The notes under the pieces were generated by a model. That model was not told where the DNA came from. It made no database searches and saw only the letters and a program-made list of their open reading frames with translations. Below are positions 1 through 11,885 of a stretch of 64,000 nucleotides of DNA, piece by piece (positions within the stretch are counted from its first letter, which is position 1; every line of letters begins with the position of its first letter). Source of the stretch: Octopus vulgaris (Eukaryota); contig OX597837.1 of assembly GCA_951406725.2 (NCBI GenBank), positions 46,438,001-46,502,000 on the forward strand, in the 5' to 3' direction. Position numbers and translations under genes: made by a program.

Positions 1-753
1 CTCTCTCTCCAAATTATTTCCACATCATCAGTCCTATTGTTCTCGTCTTATCAACCCTTCAACCCCAACATAAGACATTCTCTCATCTATCTTTGCTCTT
101 TTCTTCCTTCACTCCTCATCTTCCTCCTCTTCTCTACTTTACTTATTCTCCAATTATTTCTATTAACCTCTTTCTTTCATTCTCTCTTTAATATTTCTGT
201 TAGCATCTTTCATTGATTTCCTCCTTTCTTCCCTCTCTCTCACTCTCTTTTCATCACCCTTCTCTTCAATCTCACTTTTCATTTCCCTTCTCCCCCTATA
301 TCCCCCCCCCCGTGGTATTTACTCTCCTCAGCCTCTTGCTCTCTTCCTTACTCTTTCTCTCTTCTCCTCCTCTGTTTCTTCATAGATTAATCCAACCCTT
401 CACTCTGACCAACATAGCTAGCAGTCACATACTAATAAAAATGGTTGGTTAGATAAGAAAGCAATGAGGGGAAAGAAAATAGGGTAATTTATTTGTTAGA
501 AATAACAGCCAAATCTCCCTCAAATCACAACAGAAAGGATACATTAGATAATGTAATTCTAGACAACTCAAAGAAATTCAAGCTGGCCATGAATGGAATA
601 TCTTTGATCAACGCTCTGCTCAAGCAGGGCTAATCTAGAGTTTAACAGCAATAGCAATCACTGTTATAAGGCCATGCCTGTTACATAACTAATTCTTGCT
701 CAAACTGAATGCCTTACATATAAATGAATAAATTACAATTAATAAATAAACTG

Positions 754-1243
754 AAATGTCAATCTCTAATTGTGGAGGAAGCATGTGGAAGAGGTAGACC
801 CAGGAAGATGTGGAATGAAGCTGTGAGAAAGGATCTTCAGAAGGGATAACAAGGAACTGAAACTTTTGGTAGTTTACCATGCTTGAGAAAACACACTGAG
901 TTCAGTAAAATCGTGGCTGTCCTTGCATAAAGGTATCTCTCCAACATCCCTCTTTAGCTGAGAGATCCTCATCTTGCCAGGTCATGGGTGCTGGTGTCAA
1001 GTAAAAAGCACTTTTGCCAGTGCAACGTAAAAGTGCCCAAGCCAGGGCTATGTAAAAAAAAAACAAAAAAACCCAGCTCACTCTGTAAAGTGGTTGGTGT
1101 TAAAAGGGTATCTGCCATAGAACCCATGCCAAAACAAAAGTGGAACCTGGGCAGCTCCTCAGTTGGCCAGCTCCTGTCAAACCATCTGATTCCATGCTCA
1201 CATGGAAAACAGACATTGAATGATGATGATGACGATGATGAAA
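754..1243 (+). mobile_element. RTE-clade LINE 3' fragment (ORF2 C-terminus plus 3' UTR with (GAT)n tail)
   Basis: 754-840 translates KCQSLIVEEACGRGRPRKMWNEAVRKDLQ (RTE C-terminal GRGRP..W motif). It is followed by the same 3' UTR seen in other copies, ending ...CATGGAAAACAGACATTGAATGATGATGAT. Confidence 0.75.
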
Positions 1244-1599
1244 AATAATCACTTGCAAACTTATTGGCACACGGGTTTTTTTCTGACGAATCTCTCCTCC
1301 CCAACAACATATCTTCCAAACAGCCCCCTCCCTCCACCTCTGTTCACTCACTACATTCCCCCCACCCTCTATCTCCCACTTTCTTTTGCACACTTACAAA
1401 CTTACAGGCCCACTCATCCTATCAAGTCCTCTTTACTACTTCGCTTATATACACTTCCATGCAACTTGGAACTATGTATTTTCTACACTATCTTTTCTCT
1501 CTCTCCCCAACTGGAGTAAACATGCATTTCCTCTTCTGCCCCTCTATCATAATCCAGCTTCTTATCAGCTGGCACAGTCCTGCTCACTCCTCAGTTAAA

Positions 1600-1831
1600 G
1601 AGTTTTGTTTTGCAAGTTACATGGCGACCTCACTGGTACTAGTGCGATGTAAAATGCACCCAGTGCTCTCTGCAAAGTGGTTAACATTAGGAAGGGCATC
1701 CAGCCATAGAAACCATACCAAAGCAGCTAGTACAGCTTGACACAGTCTTCTGTCTTACCAGCTCCCATCAAACTGTCCAACCCGTGCCAGCATGGAAAAC
1801 AAGCATTAAATGGGATGATGATGACGATAAT
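1600..1831 (+). mobile_element. 5'-truncated RTE 3' UTR copy with (GAT)n tail
   Basis: Contains TAGGAAGGGCATCCAGCCATAGAAAC...CAGCATGGAAAAC...GATGATGA, matching 969-1243 and the reverse complement of 15481-15720. Confidence 0.7.
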
Positions 1832-1832
1832 G

Positions 1833-2320
1833 TTTCAAATTCTGACACAAGGCCAGCAGTTTTCATGGGCAGGGGTTAGTCACTTACATCAACCCTAGTA
1901 CTCAACTACTGCTCTATTTTATTGATGCCAAAAGGATGAAAGACAAAGTTGACTCTTTGGCAGTATTTCAGCATAAAGAACCAGAACAAATACTGCAAAG
2001 TGTTTTTTTTTTTAACAACACTCTAACAATTCTGCCTGTCCACCCTGAATGGGGTAGCATAATCAACAACATTCACCATACAGGAATACTGTAAAAATCT
2101 GTTATATCCTTCTACTGTAGGCACAAAGCCTGAAATTTAAAGGAGGACAGTGCTAGCTGATTCCATCAACCCCAGTGTGCAAATGGTACTTATTTTATCA
2201 ATTCAAAAAGAATAAACGGTGAAGTCAACTTCAGTGGAATTTGACTACAGAATGAAAAGCATGAAGAAATGATGCTGGGCATCTTGTCCAGTGGGCCAAC
2301 GATTCTGCCAGCTCACCGCT
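1833..2320 (-). mobile_element. Two decayed copies of tRNA-derived SINE family A (older subfamily)
   Basis: Both carry the reverse complement of the family A body (AAAGGATGAAAG.CAAAGT.GAC) and, in the second copy, the head (TTCTGCCAGCTCACCGC at about 2303-2320). Confidence 0.65.
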
Positions 2321-2543
2321 CTATGTATATACAACATACATTAATGTTTATATATAACTTTCAGAAAGAAACCCTTTGTTTCCATAGGAACTCAGATTTC
2401 CTCAAACCCAAGAGACTGTATATAAATAATTAACCTGATACACAATCAAGTCATGCCAAAGTGCAAGATACAGTAAATGACAATACTGACTTCAGAAGCA
2501 GCTGAGGGGAAAATGTGTTTACAGCTGGATCCATTTTGCTTAC

Positions 2544-2620
2544 CGAAACCACTCAAGTGTGCAATAACTGTGGAAGGAGAATTAATAACACTGCCCTGCC
2601 TCAGGTGTATAAAGGAATCT
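2544..2620 (-). CDS. Candidate internal exon of an unidentified gene (77 nt)
   Basis: Minus strand reads ctaattttctgcag|AGATTCC...GGTTTCG|gtaagc. Only one frame is open (DSFIHLRQGSVINSPSTVIAHLSGF). No protein family recognised. Confidence 0.25.
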
Positions 2621-3315
2621 CTGCAGAAAATTAGGTGAAGGATAAGTGTGTATACAAACATACACACACACACACTGTTGAAGCAATTTTTAGTAGCATA
2701 AACCATTGTATAAAAACTCTATAAATAAATGAGGTGTCTCTTGAAAATGATGAGAAGCTACAGCCAGGTGGTAAAGTGTTATAATGAGAGAGAAAACTTG
2801 GTAAATTAGAAAAATGCAAAGAAAAAATAAAATTTCAAAGCATACTCTTTCTAGAATATTCTGGCAAAATCTGCAGTCTAAGAGGGAACCAGAAGCTATT
2901 TATACTTCACAACCTATTCACTTCTCACACAACAATTAATTCTCCTAAAAAAGGCATGAACATCACAGAGTAACACACGGTTCCGGGTTCAGTCCCACTG
3001 CATGGCACCTTGGGCAAGTATCTTCTACTATAGCCCCAGGCCAACCAAAGCCTTGTGAAAAGGAATTAGTTTCAATATGATTTAGTTAAAAAGAAACTAA
3101 TAACTTTGAAGGTCTGTGCCCCAGCATGGATCATAGACCAATGTTTGAAACCAAGTAAGACTAGATAAAAAATAAAAGGGAAAGAATAACACAAAGAATA
3201 CCCCTCCTGTAAGTTGAAGATCATTTGTTAATGTGATTCGTAGCAGTACAAGTGTTACAAAAACCATAGAGAATAGAAGGCTGGAATTCAAATTTCTGAG
3301 CTGATAATTCTACCC

Positions 3316-3844
3316 CAGATGTTCCTAAATTAGAGAGCCTGCACCCACTGAAGGTGCAAAAAGGCATTTCAAGAGGTGTAATGAAGAGAGTAAGTATAGA
3401 CTTTATTAAAATCCATTTTCAGAATGACTCCTAAAAATAACTTTATATGACATTCTGATATGAATTTGGTGTCAGTTCTCTTTTGTTATTCAAGATAAAC
3501 TCTAAGAATCCACAGTTGATAAAAATCATGAATGAGAAGCAACAATAAAGAACCCATTGAATTTTCTAGACAGAGTTCCGACTGATTTTGTTGTACAATT
3601 TTTTCTACCTGCTCAATTTGAATTTGCATTTTATGCACTGAATCAAAGGCTTACCTTTGGAGTTCAATTTGTTCACCTGGGGCACAGACCTTCAAAGTCC
3701 TATGTGTGAATTCTTTTTAAAAATATATATATATATTAGTTATAATAAAATTGCCTTGCTTTTTTTTTTTTCAAATATGCTATTACATTGAGTGCAAAAA
3801 TGAAGCATTTCCTAAGATAACAAGACAAAGTTTGGGAACCACTG
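3316..3844. mobile_element. Decayed non-autonomous hAT/Charlie-like DNA element
   Basis: The right end GTTTGGGAACCACTG is the reverse complement of the Charlie-type TIR CAGTGGTTCCCAAAC. The left end CAGATGTTCCTAAAT is a degenerate match. Confidence 0.55.
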
Positions 3845-4490
3845 CTCTATGTAATCACTCAACCTGTTTGAAAGAGTAGCCAAATCTTCTGCATATCTTC
3901 TGATATCTTTAAAAAAGAATACATTGGATAAGAGTATATGATTTTAGATATACACCCGAGAGAAAACAAAATAGGTTGGTCATAACCAGAATGCCTTTAA
4001 TGATGAGTTTACTCAATCAGAGCAAACCTGAGACTTACCAATAACAGTAAAAGACCAAAGAATATATGAAGGGGGCTTTTACTGATTGTTCAATATGCCA
4101 GAAATATCAACCAAATCTCCCTCACATCATACTGTCCCATCTTGAAAAGAGAAGCACACATTGAATAATGAACGTAGTCATAGATACAGTGTCTGGAAAA
4201 AAGATGGAATGGTCATGGCTGAGTTTCTTTTCATCACAGGTCTGCTGAATCAGAACTGACCTGGAGCTAAATAACTATTACACAGAATCAACAAGGAAAC
4301 CTCAACATGGCCACATGATTTGCTAAAAACAGCAGCCTAATCTCCATCAAATGACACTCTACCATCTTAAAAAAAGGATAGGATACATGAGATAATATAG
4401 TGCTGGATATACAAAAAGATGGATGGTCAAACCTGGAATGTCTTTGATCATAGGCTCACTGGATCAAGGCTGACCTATGGCTAAATGACC
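3845..4490 (+). repeat. Three head-to-tail copies (~210-230 bp) of dispersed repeat family D
   Basis: Each unit carries degenerate versions of GCTAGAAATAGCAGCCAAATCTCCCTCAAAT...GGATAAT...GGTCATGGCTGGAATG.CTTTGATCA...GCTGACCT..GGCTAAA. Other copies lie near 480-660, 18965-19390, 31235-31420(-), 31650-31850, 32895-33060, 37065-37260(-), 41555-41822, 45020-45230, 58005-58180(-) and 62790-62945(-). Confidence 0.75.
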
Positions 4491-4667
4491 ACATCTACAC
4501 AGAATATACATATACCAATGTAGACAAAGAAAGACAGTATTTTTAGGTACAACTGATGTGGTGCTGTGAATATTATTTCTATCCAAAGTTTTTTTCCGGA
4601 AGTTTCATTATGTCTGGCAAAGCTAGCTAAATCAACCACACAATGAAAATTGCCAAAAATAAGTTCT

Positions 4668-4917
4668 ACACACACACACACACATACATATAATTGGATA
4701 TACTTACACATGTACCTGAACACACAATCTCTCTCTCACACATGCACAGTCAATCTTCATACACACAAATTCATACACTTAAACATATGCAATCTTACAT
4801 AGTTACACACATACACACACAATCCAATATACTTACACGTAGGCTCTCATGCACACTATCGCACAATTTCACACACACATGCACAATCTCATACACTTAC
4901 TCACAGAATCTCATACA

Positions 4918-4951
<34 letters not shown>

Positions 4952-5055
4952 ATCACACACACACTTAGACACACACACACACATATACATACAATATCAC
5001 ATGCTTTCACACACACACACTTATACACATGTAACCATTTTTACACAAACACAGT
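4668..5055. repeat. Degenerate (CA)n/(TA)n microsatellite tract
   Basis: Direct inspection; it explains the His/Thr-rich ORF 4694-5143. Confidence 0.85.
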
Positions 5056-5280
5056 ATCTCTCAGAAAAAAATACCATTTTTCTGACGGTGGAGAAGGAAA
5101 CGGTAGAGGTGACAGACATCTGATCTTAATGACATTAAATTAACTAAACAATTAGTCAAAAATTAAATTAAAATTTAAGACTTAAAGTTTCTTTAAGATT
5201 AAAATTATTTTTGGTAATTGAATTATTCCACTCTACATTCACAAGAAGTTCCATTTGAATATCAACCGTATCAATCTCAC

Positions 5281-5360
5281 TGAGTAAGTGGATGGCCTGC
5301 ATCCCATGTATTCACTGTCCTATTTCTTTGGACCAAATATGGGGAAGCCAGGTGATTGAT
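5281..5360 (-). CDS. Candidate internal exon of an unidentified gene (80 nt)
   Basis: Minus strand reads ttttctgctgttgtatgttcag|ATCAATC...ACTCA|gtgaga. One open frame (INHLASPYLVQRNRTVNTWDAGHPLT), phase-compatible with 2544-2620. Confidence 0.2.
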
Positions 5361-5483
5361 CTGAACATACAACAGCAGAAAAGTTAGGTGGATTGATTTC
5401 CAGAAAATTTAAGAATTCTATTTTAATTCTCATAAGAGGTAAAAGGGATGTTGTGTGGCTAGGAAGCTCACTTTCCAACCATT

Positions 5484-5485
<2 letters not shown>

Positions 5486-5532
<47 letters not shown>

Positions 5533-5830
5533 AATTAATGTATACAGTGCTCAGGTGCACCACAACTTGTCAGAAAGTGCGTATAAAGCATAAGCAGTAA
5601 TGTACGAATGTCTGGGAAGCAAACAGTGTATGAGTCAGATAGATGCTTGCGTGTGTATGGAGGGGAGAAAAACAAGTGTAGTGTTGGCGAACCTCAGGAA
5701 GCATGGACGTTTTGAAGAATGCAGTGCTCTGACAACTAACAACTGATGCTGGCAGTTTGTTCCATGCTTCAGCAACTCTTAGCATGAGAAAATGTTTCCA
5801 AAAATGTTTTGTCTCATGTTTACTCCTGTT
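5486..5830 (-). mobile_element. CR1-like LINE 3' fragment with (ATT)n tail, inserted into a SINE B copy
   Basis: ORF 5570-5836 contains HFLMLRVAEAWNKLPASVVSCQSTAFFKTSM (CR1-type F..RV...WN.LP..VV...S...FK). The (AAT)n run at 5486-5530 is the tail. SINE B head sequence lies on the left (5445-5485) and SINE B body on the right (5837-5880). Confidence 0.8.
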
Positions 5831-6197
5831 GCACAACTTGTGAGTGAATTCGGTAGATAGAAACTGTATAGAAGTCTATCATCATCATTATCATTTAATG
5901 CCTGTTTTCCAGGCTGGCTTGGGTTGAACAGTTTGACAGGAACTTGCAAGCTAGAGGGCTGCACCAGACCCCAGCTGCCTGTCGTTGAGTGTATGGAAGT
6001 ATACATATTTATAAGTTGGTTAGCAATCAGTGGTTGGTTAGTTTCTGTCCCCATAACTGAACAATTCAGCAGAAAACACCGAGAGCATAAGCATCCAACT
6101 CATCTTCAAATCCTGATGAGTTGGATGGATGCCATCAAACATTTGGCATGTCTTGGGCATTTTTAACTTGACAAAGTTGATTCCTCTTTAGGTCTGA

Positions 6198-6379
6198 ACC
6201 AGGACAAGGTGATGTGGACTCCTTCCCCTCTCTGGTGAATTGCACAATCACTCTACTAACTGTAGAAAGCAGAATCCCAAGGTTTTCTGCGATTTTACAC
6301 CATGTCTACCTTCAGAATGACCCACAATATGACCTCTTTGAAATTCAGACAGTTCCAATGCATCTTTTGTACATGGCAT
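6198..6379 (-). pseudogene. Tc1-like transposase N-terminal HTH remnant (frameshifted)
   Basis: Manual translation gives MPCTKDALELSEFQRGHIVGHSEG, then after a frameshift [33 protein letters not shown], the pattern of Tc1-family paired-like HTH regions. Confidence 0.7.
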
Positions 6380-6847
6380 ACTTAAACAGTCACATATAGA
6401 ACCTGAAACATAAAAATGTCAATTAATAAAAAATATAAACCATTACAAGTTAGAATAAACATAAAACGATGTTTTATGGGGTGTCTATTTACTTCTGTCA
6501 TGTCTGTGTATATAAAACAGCATTATCCACCGTTCTTCTTTTATCGTTTAAGGCAATAGAGTGTGGTTTGACAGTTTTGGTTGCTATTTCTAGCAGGCTG
6601 AGAGGCCACATAGATATTTTAGTGTTGGCTTGTAAAAGATATGAGTCTCTGTACTTTGCAGGACAAGTGCTGATTGTACCATTTAGTGAATTATAGCCCC
6701 ACCACCATAGTTTGTTATATGCCATCTGGAGGTCATAAGAAAACTGAGTCAAAGCAATTTCTAAATCCATCTCTTCAAATTACCAATGTCAGCTAATTTT
6801 CCATATTTTCTTCGTTCCATTTCTTTTATGTATATAACACATATACA

Positions 6848-6883
<36 letters not shown>

Positions 6884-7611
6884 ACCACACATGTATGCGT
6901 ACATGTAATTACATATTAAAGAATTTAAACTGAATAAAAAGTTCATATAAGCTTTTTCTTCAGTTTTAATATCTAAAATATATGTACATATGTGTATACA
7001 TATATCCTTATCTCTATCTACACACACACGTGAGTATACCATATATGGGTATATGTGAAAATAGCTAAGATATTCATATAATAAATACACCCACACAAAA
7101 CATCCACAGTCACTCAAACCCAGAAACTTTCCTGCAGCTAATCTCTTCACAAACTTCAAAACATCTGGCAATCAAGTGTTTCAAAGTAACCAAGGATGCC
7201 TTCAGGGTGTGAGTTTGGAGAGCACTCTTCTGTATGGAGCCAGATCTTGAAATGAGGACCACAAAGAAAGAGATTCGGGATCACTGTTATAACGTGGATC
7301 CTCATTCATTTGTATGTTGTTGTCGACACAGAAATATTCTTGTCACCACAATTATGTTGTGCTGGCATTCTGTGTCTTTCACTCATCTATTGTGCTGTTG
7401 CTGACAACTCCACAAGACAATAACTTTGAAACGTCTACTTTTATTCCAAAAGGAAGCCACTTGAATTTACACAATTCATGGTGAAGGGTTTTAGTCAAAC
7501 AAATCAACCTAGGGCTTTTTTTTCAAAACCAAGTACTTATTCTATCAGCCTCTTTTGTTAAACTGCTAAGTTACAGGAATGCAAACACCAACATTGACAA
7601 ATTGTTGAAAA

Positions 7612-8200
7612 GGCCATGGTTATGTGGTTAAGAAGTTTGCTCTGCAATCATGTGGTTCTGGGTTGAGTACCACTGCATGGCACCTTGGACAAGCATATTC
7701 TACAATAGCTCCAGGTTCACTAATACTTAGTGAGTGAATTTGCTAGATGGAAACTGTGTGGAAACCTGTTGTGTGTGTTTACTCCCACCACCACTTGACA
7801 ACAGGCGGTGAGCTGGCAGAAATGTTAGCATGCCGGACGAAATGCATAGCCGTATTTCGTCTGGCACTACATTCTGAGTTCAAATTCCGCCGAGGTCGAC
7901 TTTACCTTTCATCCTTTCGGGGTCGATAAATTAAGTACCAGTTACGCACTGGGGTCGATGTAATCAACTTAATCCATTTGTCTGTCCTTGTTTATCCCTT
8001 CTGTGTTTAGCCCCTTGTGGGTAGTAAAGAAATAGGTGTTGGTTTGTTCACATTCCCATAACTTAGCTGTTTGGCAAAGAGGTCAGTAGAATAATTACCA
8101 GATTTTAAAAAATAAGTACTGAGGTCAACTGGCTCAACTAATCTCTTCAAGATAATGCCCTAGCATGGCTGCAGTCCAATGAATGAAACAAGTAAAAGAC
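7612..8200 (+). mobile_element. CORE-like tRNA-SINE (family B) interrupted by a younger SINE A
   Basis: Head TGTGGTTAAGAAGTTTGC...GGCACCTTGGACAAG. The body resumes after 8036 (GGTGTTGGTTTG) and ends GAAACAAGTAAAAGA. Confidence 0.75.
7803..8034 (+). mobile_element. tRNA-derived SINE family A, young full-length copy
   Basis: Head AGGCGGTGAGCTGGCAGAA (A-box-like), GAGTTCAAATTCC (B-box-like), central CCTTTCATCCTTTCGGGGTCGATAAATTAAGTACCAG, end TTAGCCCCTTGTGGGTAGTAAAGAAATA. Retains many CpGs. Confidence 0.9.
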
Positions 8201-8359
8201 AGAAGAACTGGCAGAATTGTTAAAGCTTTGTAGTGTTTGTATGTGCTCTTTACAATAAGAGCTCAGGTCTTACCAAGACCAACTGTGTCTTTCATCCTTC
8301 AGGGACAATAAAATAAAGTACTAGCTCAGGACACTGGATTGGTAGTATTTATTAATCCT

Positions 8360-8591
8360 ATTTCTTTACTGCCCACAAGGGGCTAAACACAGAGGGGATG
8401 AACAAGGACAGACAAACGGATTAAGTCGATTATATCGACCCCAGTGTGTAACTGGTACTTATTTAATCGACCCCGAAAGGATGTAAAGCAAAGTCGACCA
8501 CGGTAGAATTTGAATTCAGAATGTAGCAGCAGACGAAATACCGCTAAGCATTTTGCCCGGCGTACTAATGTTTCTGCCAGCTCGCTGCCTT
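8360..8591 (-). mobile_element. SINE family A full-length copy with target-site duplication
   Basis: Reverse complement of 7803-8034; TTATTAATCCT is repeated at 8349-8359 and 8599-8609. Confidence 0.9.
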
Positions 8592-8803
8592 TGTATTATT
8601 ATTAATCCTGCAAAAAAGTATTTTGCAGCAGTTGTTCTGGGTTATTACATTCTGAGTTGCCAAACAGATATGTTGAACTTGTCCGTATCTAACAAACAAG
8701 ATGATGTCAAGTAACAAATTACCCGAAGAAAAAAGCAACAGAAACCCACCTTTATATTCCTTTTGTTTTAACGGCCATTTTCATAGCATTTTTTCGATGG
8801 CTC

Positions 8804-8864
8804 GATAACTGAAGAGATGCCAGCGTGGGTTTCCGCCCCGACATCCGAAACTTGGAGTTTTATC
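8804..8864 (+). ncRNA. Minimal type I hammerhead ribozyme-like motif, probably in a Penelope-like element terminal repeat (about 8660-8975)
   Basis: Order of elements: GATAA (stem I), CTGAAGA core, GATG...CATC stem II, C-GAAA, C-TTGGA-G-T stem III, cleavage-site T, TTATC (stem I partner). Confidence 0.6.
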
Positions 8865-10220
8865 ATGGCAACCAAATAATTGTCACATATTACATTTACA
8901 GATAAATTCCTCTATTTACATAATATCGAGGTCTCTTTCATTCTTTTGTTGTCTTGACATTTCTATCAATAATATATATATACACACACGTAAATAATAA
9001 TAATGGTATTTTTTATATAAGCTTAAAGCTTATGGTTATCACCATGCAATGACTAAGAAAAATAGTCTAATAAAGGGGCATATAAGCCCTCGACAGAAAA
9101 AAGAAGGCTTTCCTATCCGTGTGGGAGATAAACTATTCGTACCGGAAGCATATATATATATATATATACACATACACACACATGTTTATGTATGTGTGTG
9201 TGTGTGTGTACAAAGTAAAATAACTATATACATATATATATACATTACTATAAATAGATAGTAACATATATGTATGTACCTATACATCTAAATACACATA
9301 TTCATAATTTTTCAGGCGGATGTTAAATGATGATGATGATGATATATATATATGAATTTATAGAAAAGGGAAAGAAAAAGAAATAATTAAACTATTTGAT
9401 AGAATTTCAAGAATTGAGAAATTTTTAAATGATTTATACATCAAATTTCCAAATATCGATGTCATTGAACATAAGGTCAGGTTGTCTGAGACTGACAAAA
9501 ATAGATTCTCAAAGAATTGCAAAACATTTTTGAAATTTTAATTTCAGTTTTGTTCCTTTATCTTCTTTTTTAGTTTTGTCTTGGTGTATGCAAATTTGGT
9601 GTGTCCATGAGTATGTATGTGCTGTGTGTATAAGTTTTGTGTGTGCGCATATGCTGTGTGTATGCACATGATGTCAATGATTACAAACTGAAATAATATA
9701 TAGTTTCTTTTTCAAAATTTGCTGTTTCTTTTTTAATTTATTTCGCAAATTATTTATATATTATGTAAATAAATAGTTTGGTTATATTCAATATGTCATA
9801 TGCTGAACAAGCTCCAGGTTATACAATAAATATATTATTTTGCATAAATGATAAAAAAAAAAAACTGTTGATGTCTTAACTACAGTAGTTTTGGAGATAA
9901 CAGATTGAAAGCAGTCAAATAAAGAATCAATTTTGCAAAGAAATGTGACAAAAACAGTGGTAACAAATTTATTTTGTTTATTAGATGGGTGGAATGTTGT
10001 ACCAGTTATGCATCACCACAAAAGATATAGGAAACAAAAATACAATAAGAGAAATAGTTAGACTTTATGACATGTTATAATCTAACTGATCCCAAATACA
10101 TCATTTACCTTTATATAGTGTTATTGCCATCAGAGCATAATTAAGACCCATAATCCTTATGGCCTTTGAGTAGATTAAAAGATTCATAAAAAGTCTACCG
10201 AAGGTGTCTTAAGAGACTGA

Positions 10221-10290
10221 TTGGGAATGGAAAGAAATCAGGGGTTACCTAAACATAGATGGAAGAAAAACATTGCTGATTGGTCTAATC
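10221..10290 (+). mobile_element. Ancient RTE-like LINE C-terminal remnant
   Basis: Translates LGMERNQGLPKHRWKKNIADWSNL, resembling G.R.RGRP..RW.DNI..W..L. Confidence 0.4.
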
Positions 10291-11885
10291 TCAACAACTG
10301 CACCACAAGAAACCTCATCAGTCAAGAGACAGGATGAAGGGAGAACATTTTTCATGCATGAATGCAAAGTCTGTAAATTCAAAGAGAATTGAAACCTGAT
10401 AAACACACATACATGCACGCGCGCATGCACACACACACATACACACAGGTGTTGAAACCATAATTATACCCATCTGGCAGCTGATGATGGGAGTGTATAT
10501 TTGATGTGCCTGTTGTCCGTGAATCTTTTATATCCTGTGTTCTCATTGTACTAAGTTGTCCTTCATTCTTGTAGGGTTGAATGTGTCAAAGGGTTTTGGG
10601 ATTTTTGGCTTATGGTGGTTCTGTTGTTAATAACTTACTATCCATTTGCTTTTCATTCTTTCAGGTTCGATAAAACAAGTACCAGTTGAATACTGGAGTC
10701 AATGCCAATGACTAACCTCCTCCCCTGAACTTGCTGGCTTTGTGTAATAGTTTGAGACCCATATTATACTATCTATCAGGGTGACAAGATGACAGAACTG
10801 TTAGCATTCCAGGAAAAATGGTTAGTGGCATTTTGTCTGTCTTCACATTTCACCAAGGTTAACTTTGCTTTCAACTTATCGGAGTTGATAAAGAGAGGTG
10901 TGTGGAGTTTTTTGCAAGACATCTAAGTACCAGTTTAGCACTGGGGTCAAAGTAATTGGTTTATCCCCTCCCCAGAAATTGCTGGATTTGAGCCAAAATT
11001 TGAAACCAATTGATACTGTGTGATTACCCTTCATTGAGATTCTAATCATAGCTAGAGTAAAAACTGAACCCATATGTACAGGGATATGTTGCACATTATG
11101 CACCATAACATAATTTCTTACATACCTGCAGGGCCTGTGGAAATTTGATGATTATTTTGTAAACTATGAGATTGTTGGAAATTTATAGAGGATCGTGAAA
11201 TATATAATTTCTTTTAAAACATTATTTTTTTTCTGAAATGCTTCATTCATGAAATGATGTGAAGTCCTTAGATACAGTTTTGTGAGAGAACAACTTTCAA
11301 AATGGTATTTTCTATTATACATTTGTCATGTTTTCTACTTTTAGAGTTGTTATCTATAATTTGTATCTTCTACCAATTAGTAAGCAATCTTAACAATGGA
11401 ATGAAATCAAAGATATAAGTCTATCTTCAACATTATTCTGTTGGAGTACAACAGTTGGTAAACCTTAATAAGCTAATCTCCATATATTTTCATATCAAAC
11501 AAAAGTGCAAACGACTGGGCTAAGTATAGTAGTGTCCAACTAAACTGTAAATTCTAAAAAAAAAAAATAAAAAACAATATATCAGTAATGTATAATACAA
11601 TTTAAAATATGCATGTATCATTTATCAATCAGTTGTCTATTAGATAATACGATAAATGTTCCATCAATAATAAATTATATCTTCCATGTTGTTCTTTAGT
11701 TTAGCAGTCAATTGTCTTATAAATAATACAAATGTTGTATGCTTAATGTTTTTGATTCATTCTACAGATGAAGCATTATCTGCAAAGACTGTAGCAGAAT
11801 AATTTTATAGACACTGGTGGCTACAAAAATGAGTAGTGTGAAAAATGTATTCTAATATTGAACATGTTCACACACAGATACATAA

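Noticed and set aside
1264-1600. Possible Penelope GIY-YIG C-terminus (LSPTGVNMHFLF)
   Set aside because: A single short motif in pyrimidine-rich sequence; insufficient support.
3845-4490. CRISPR array or hammerhead retrozyme interpretation of family D tandems
   Set aside because: The DNA is eukaryotic and the units are ~210 bp without unique spacers. The minus-strand CTGATCGA...CAAAG resembles a hammerhead core but lacks the required GAAA box in every copy I checked.
6092-6127. 13-bp perfect hairpin containing CTGATGA
   Set aside because: No GAAA box or stem I partner for a hammerhead; short and adjacent to a rearranged Tc1 relic.
7803-7890. tRNA gene
   Set aside because: The A/B-box-like motifs are SINE heads that continue into a repeated body with TSDs; no complete cloverleaf.
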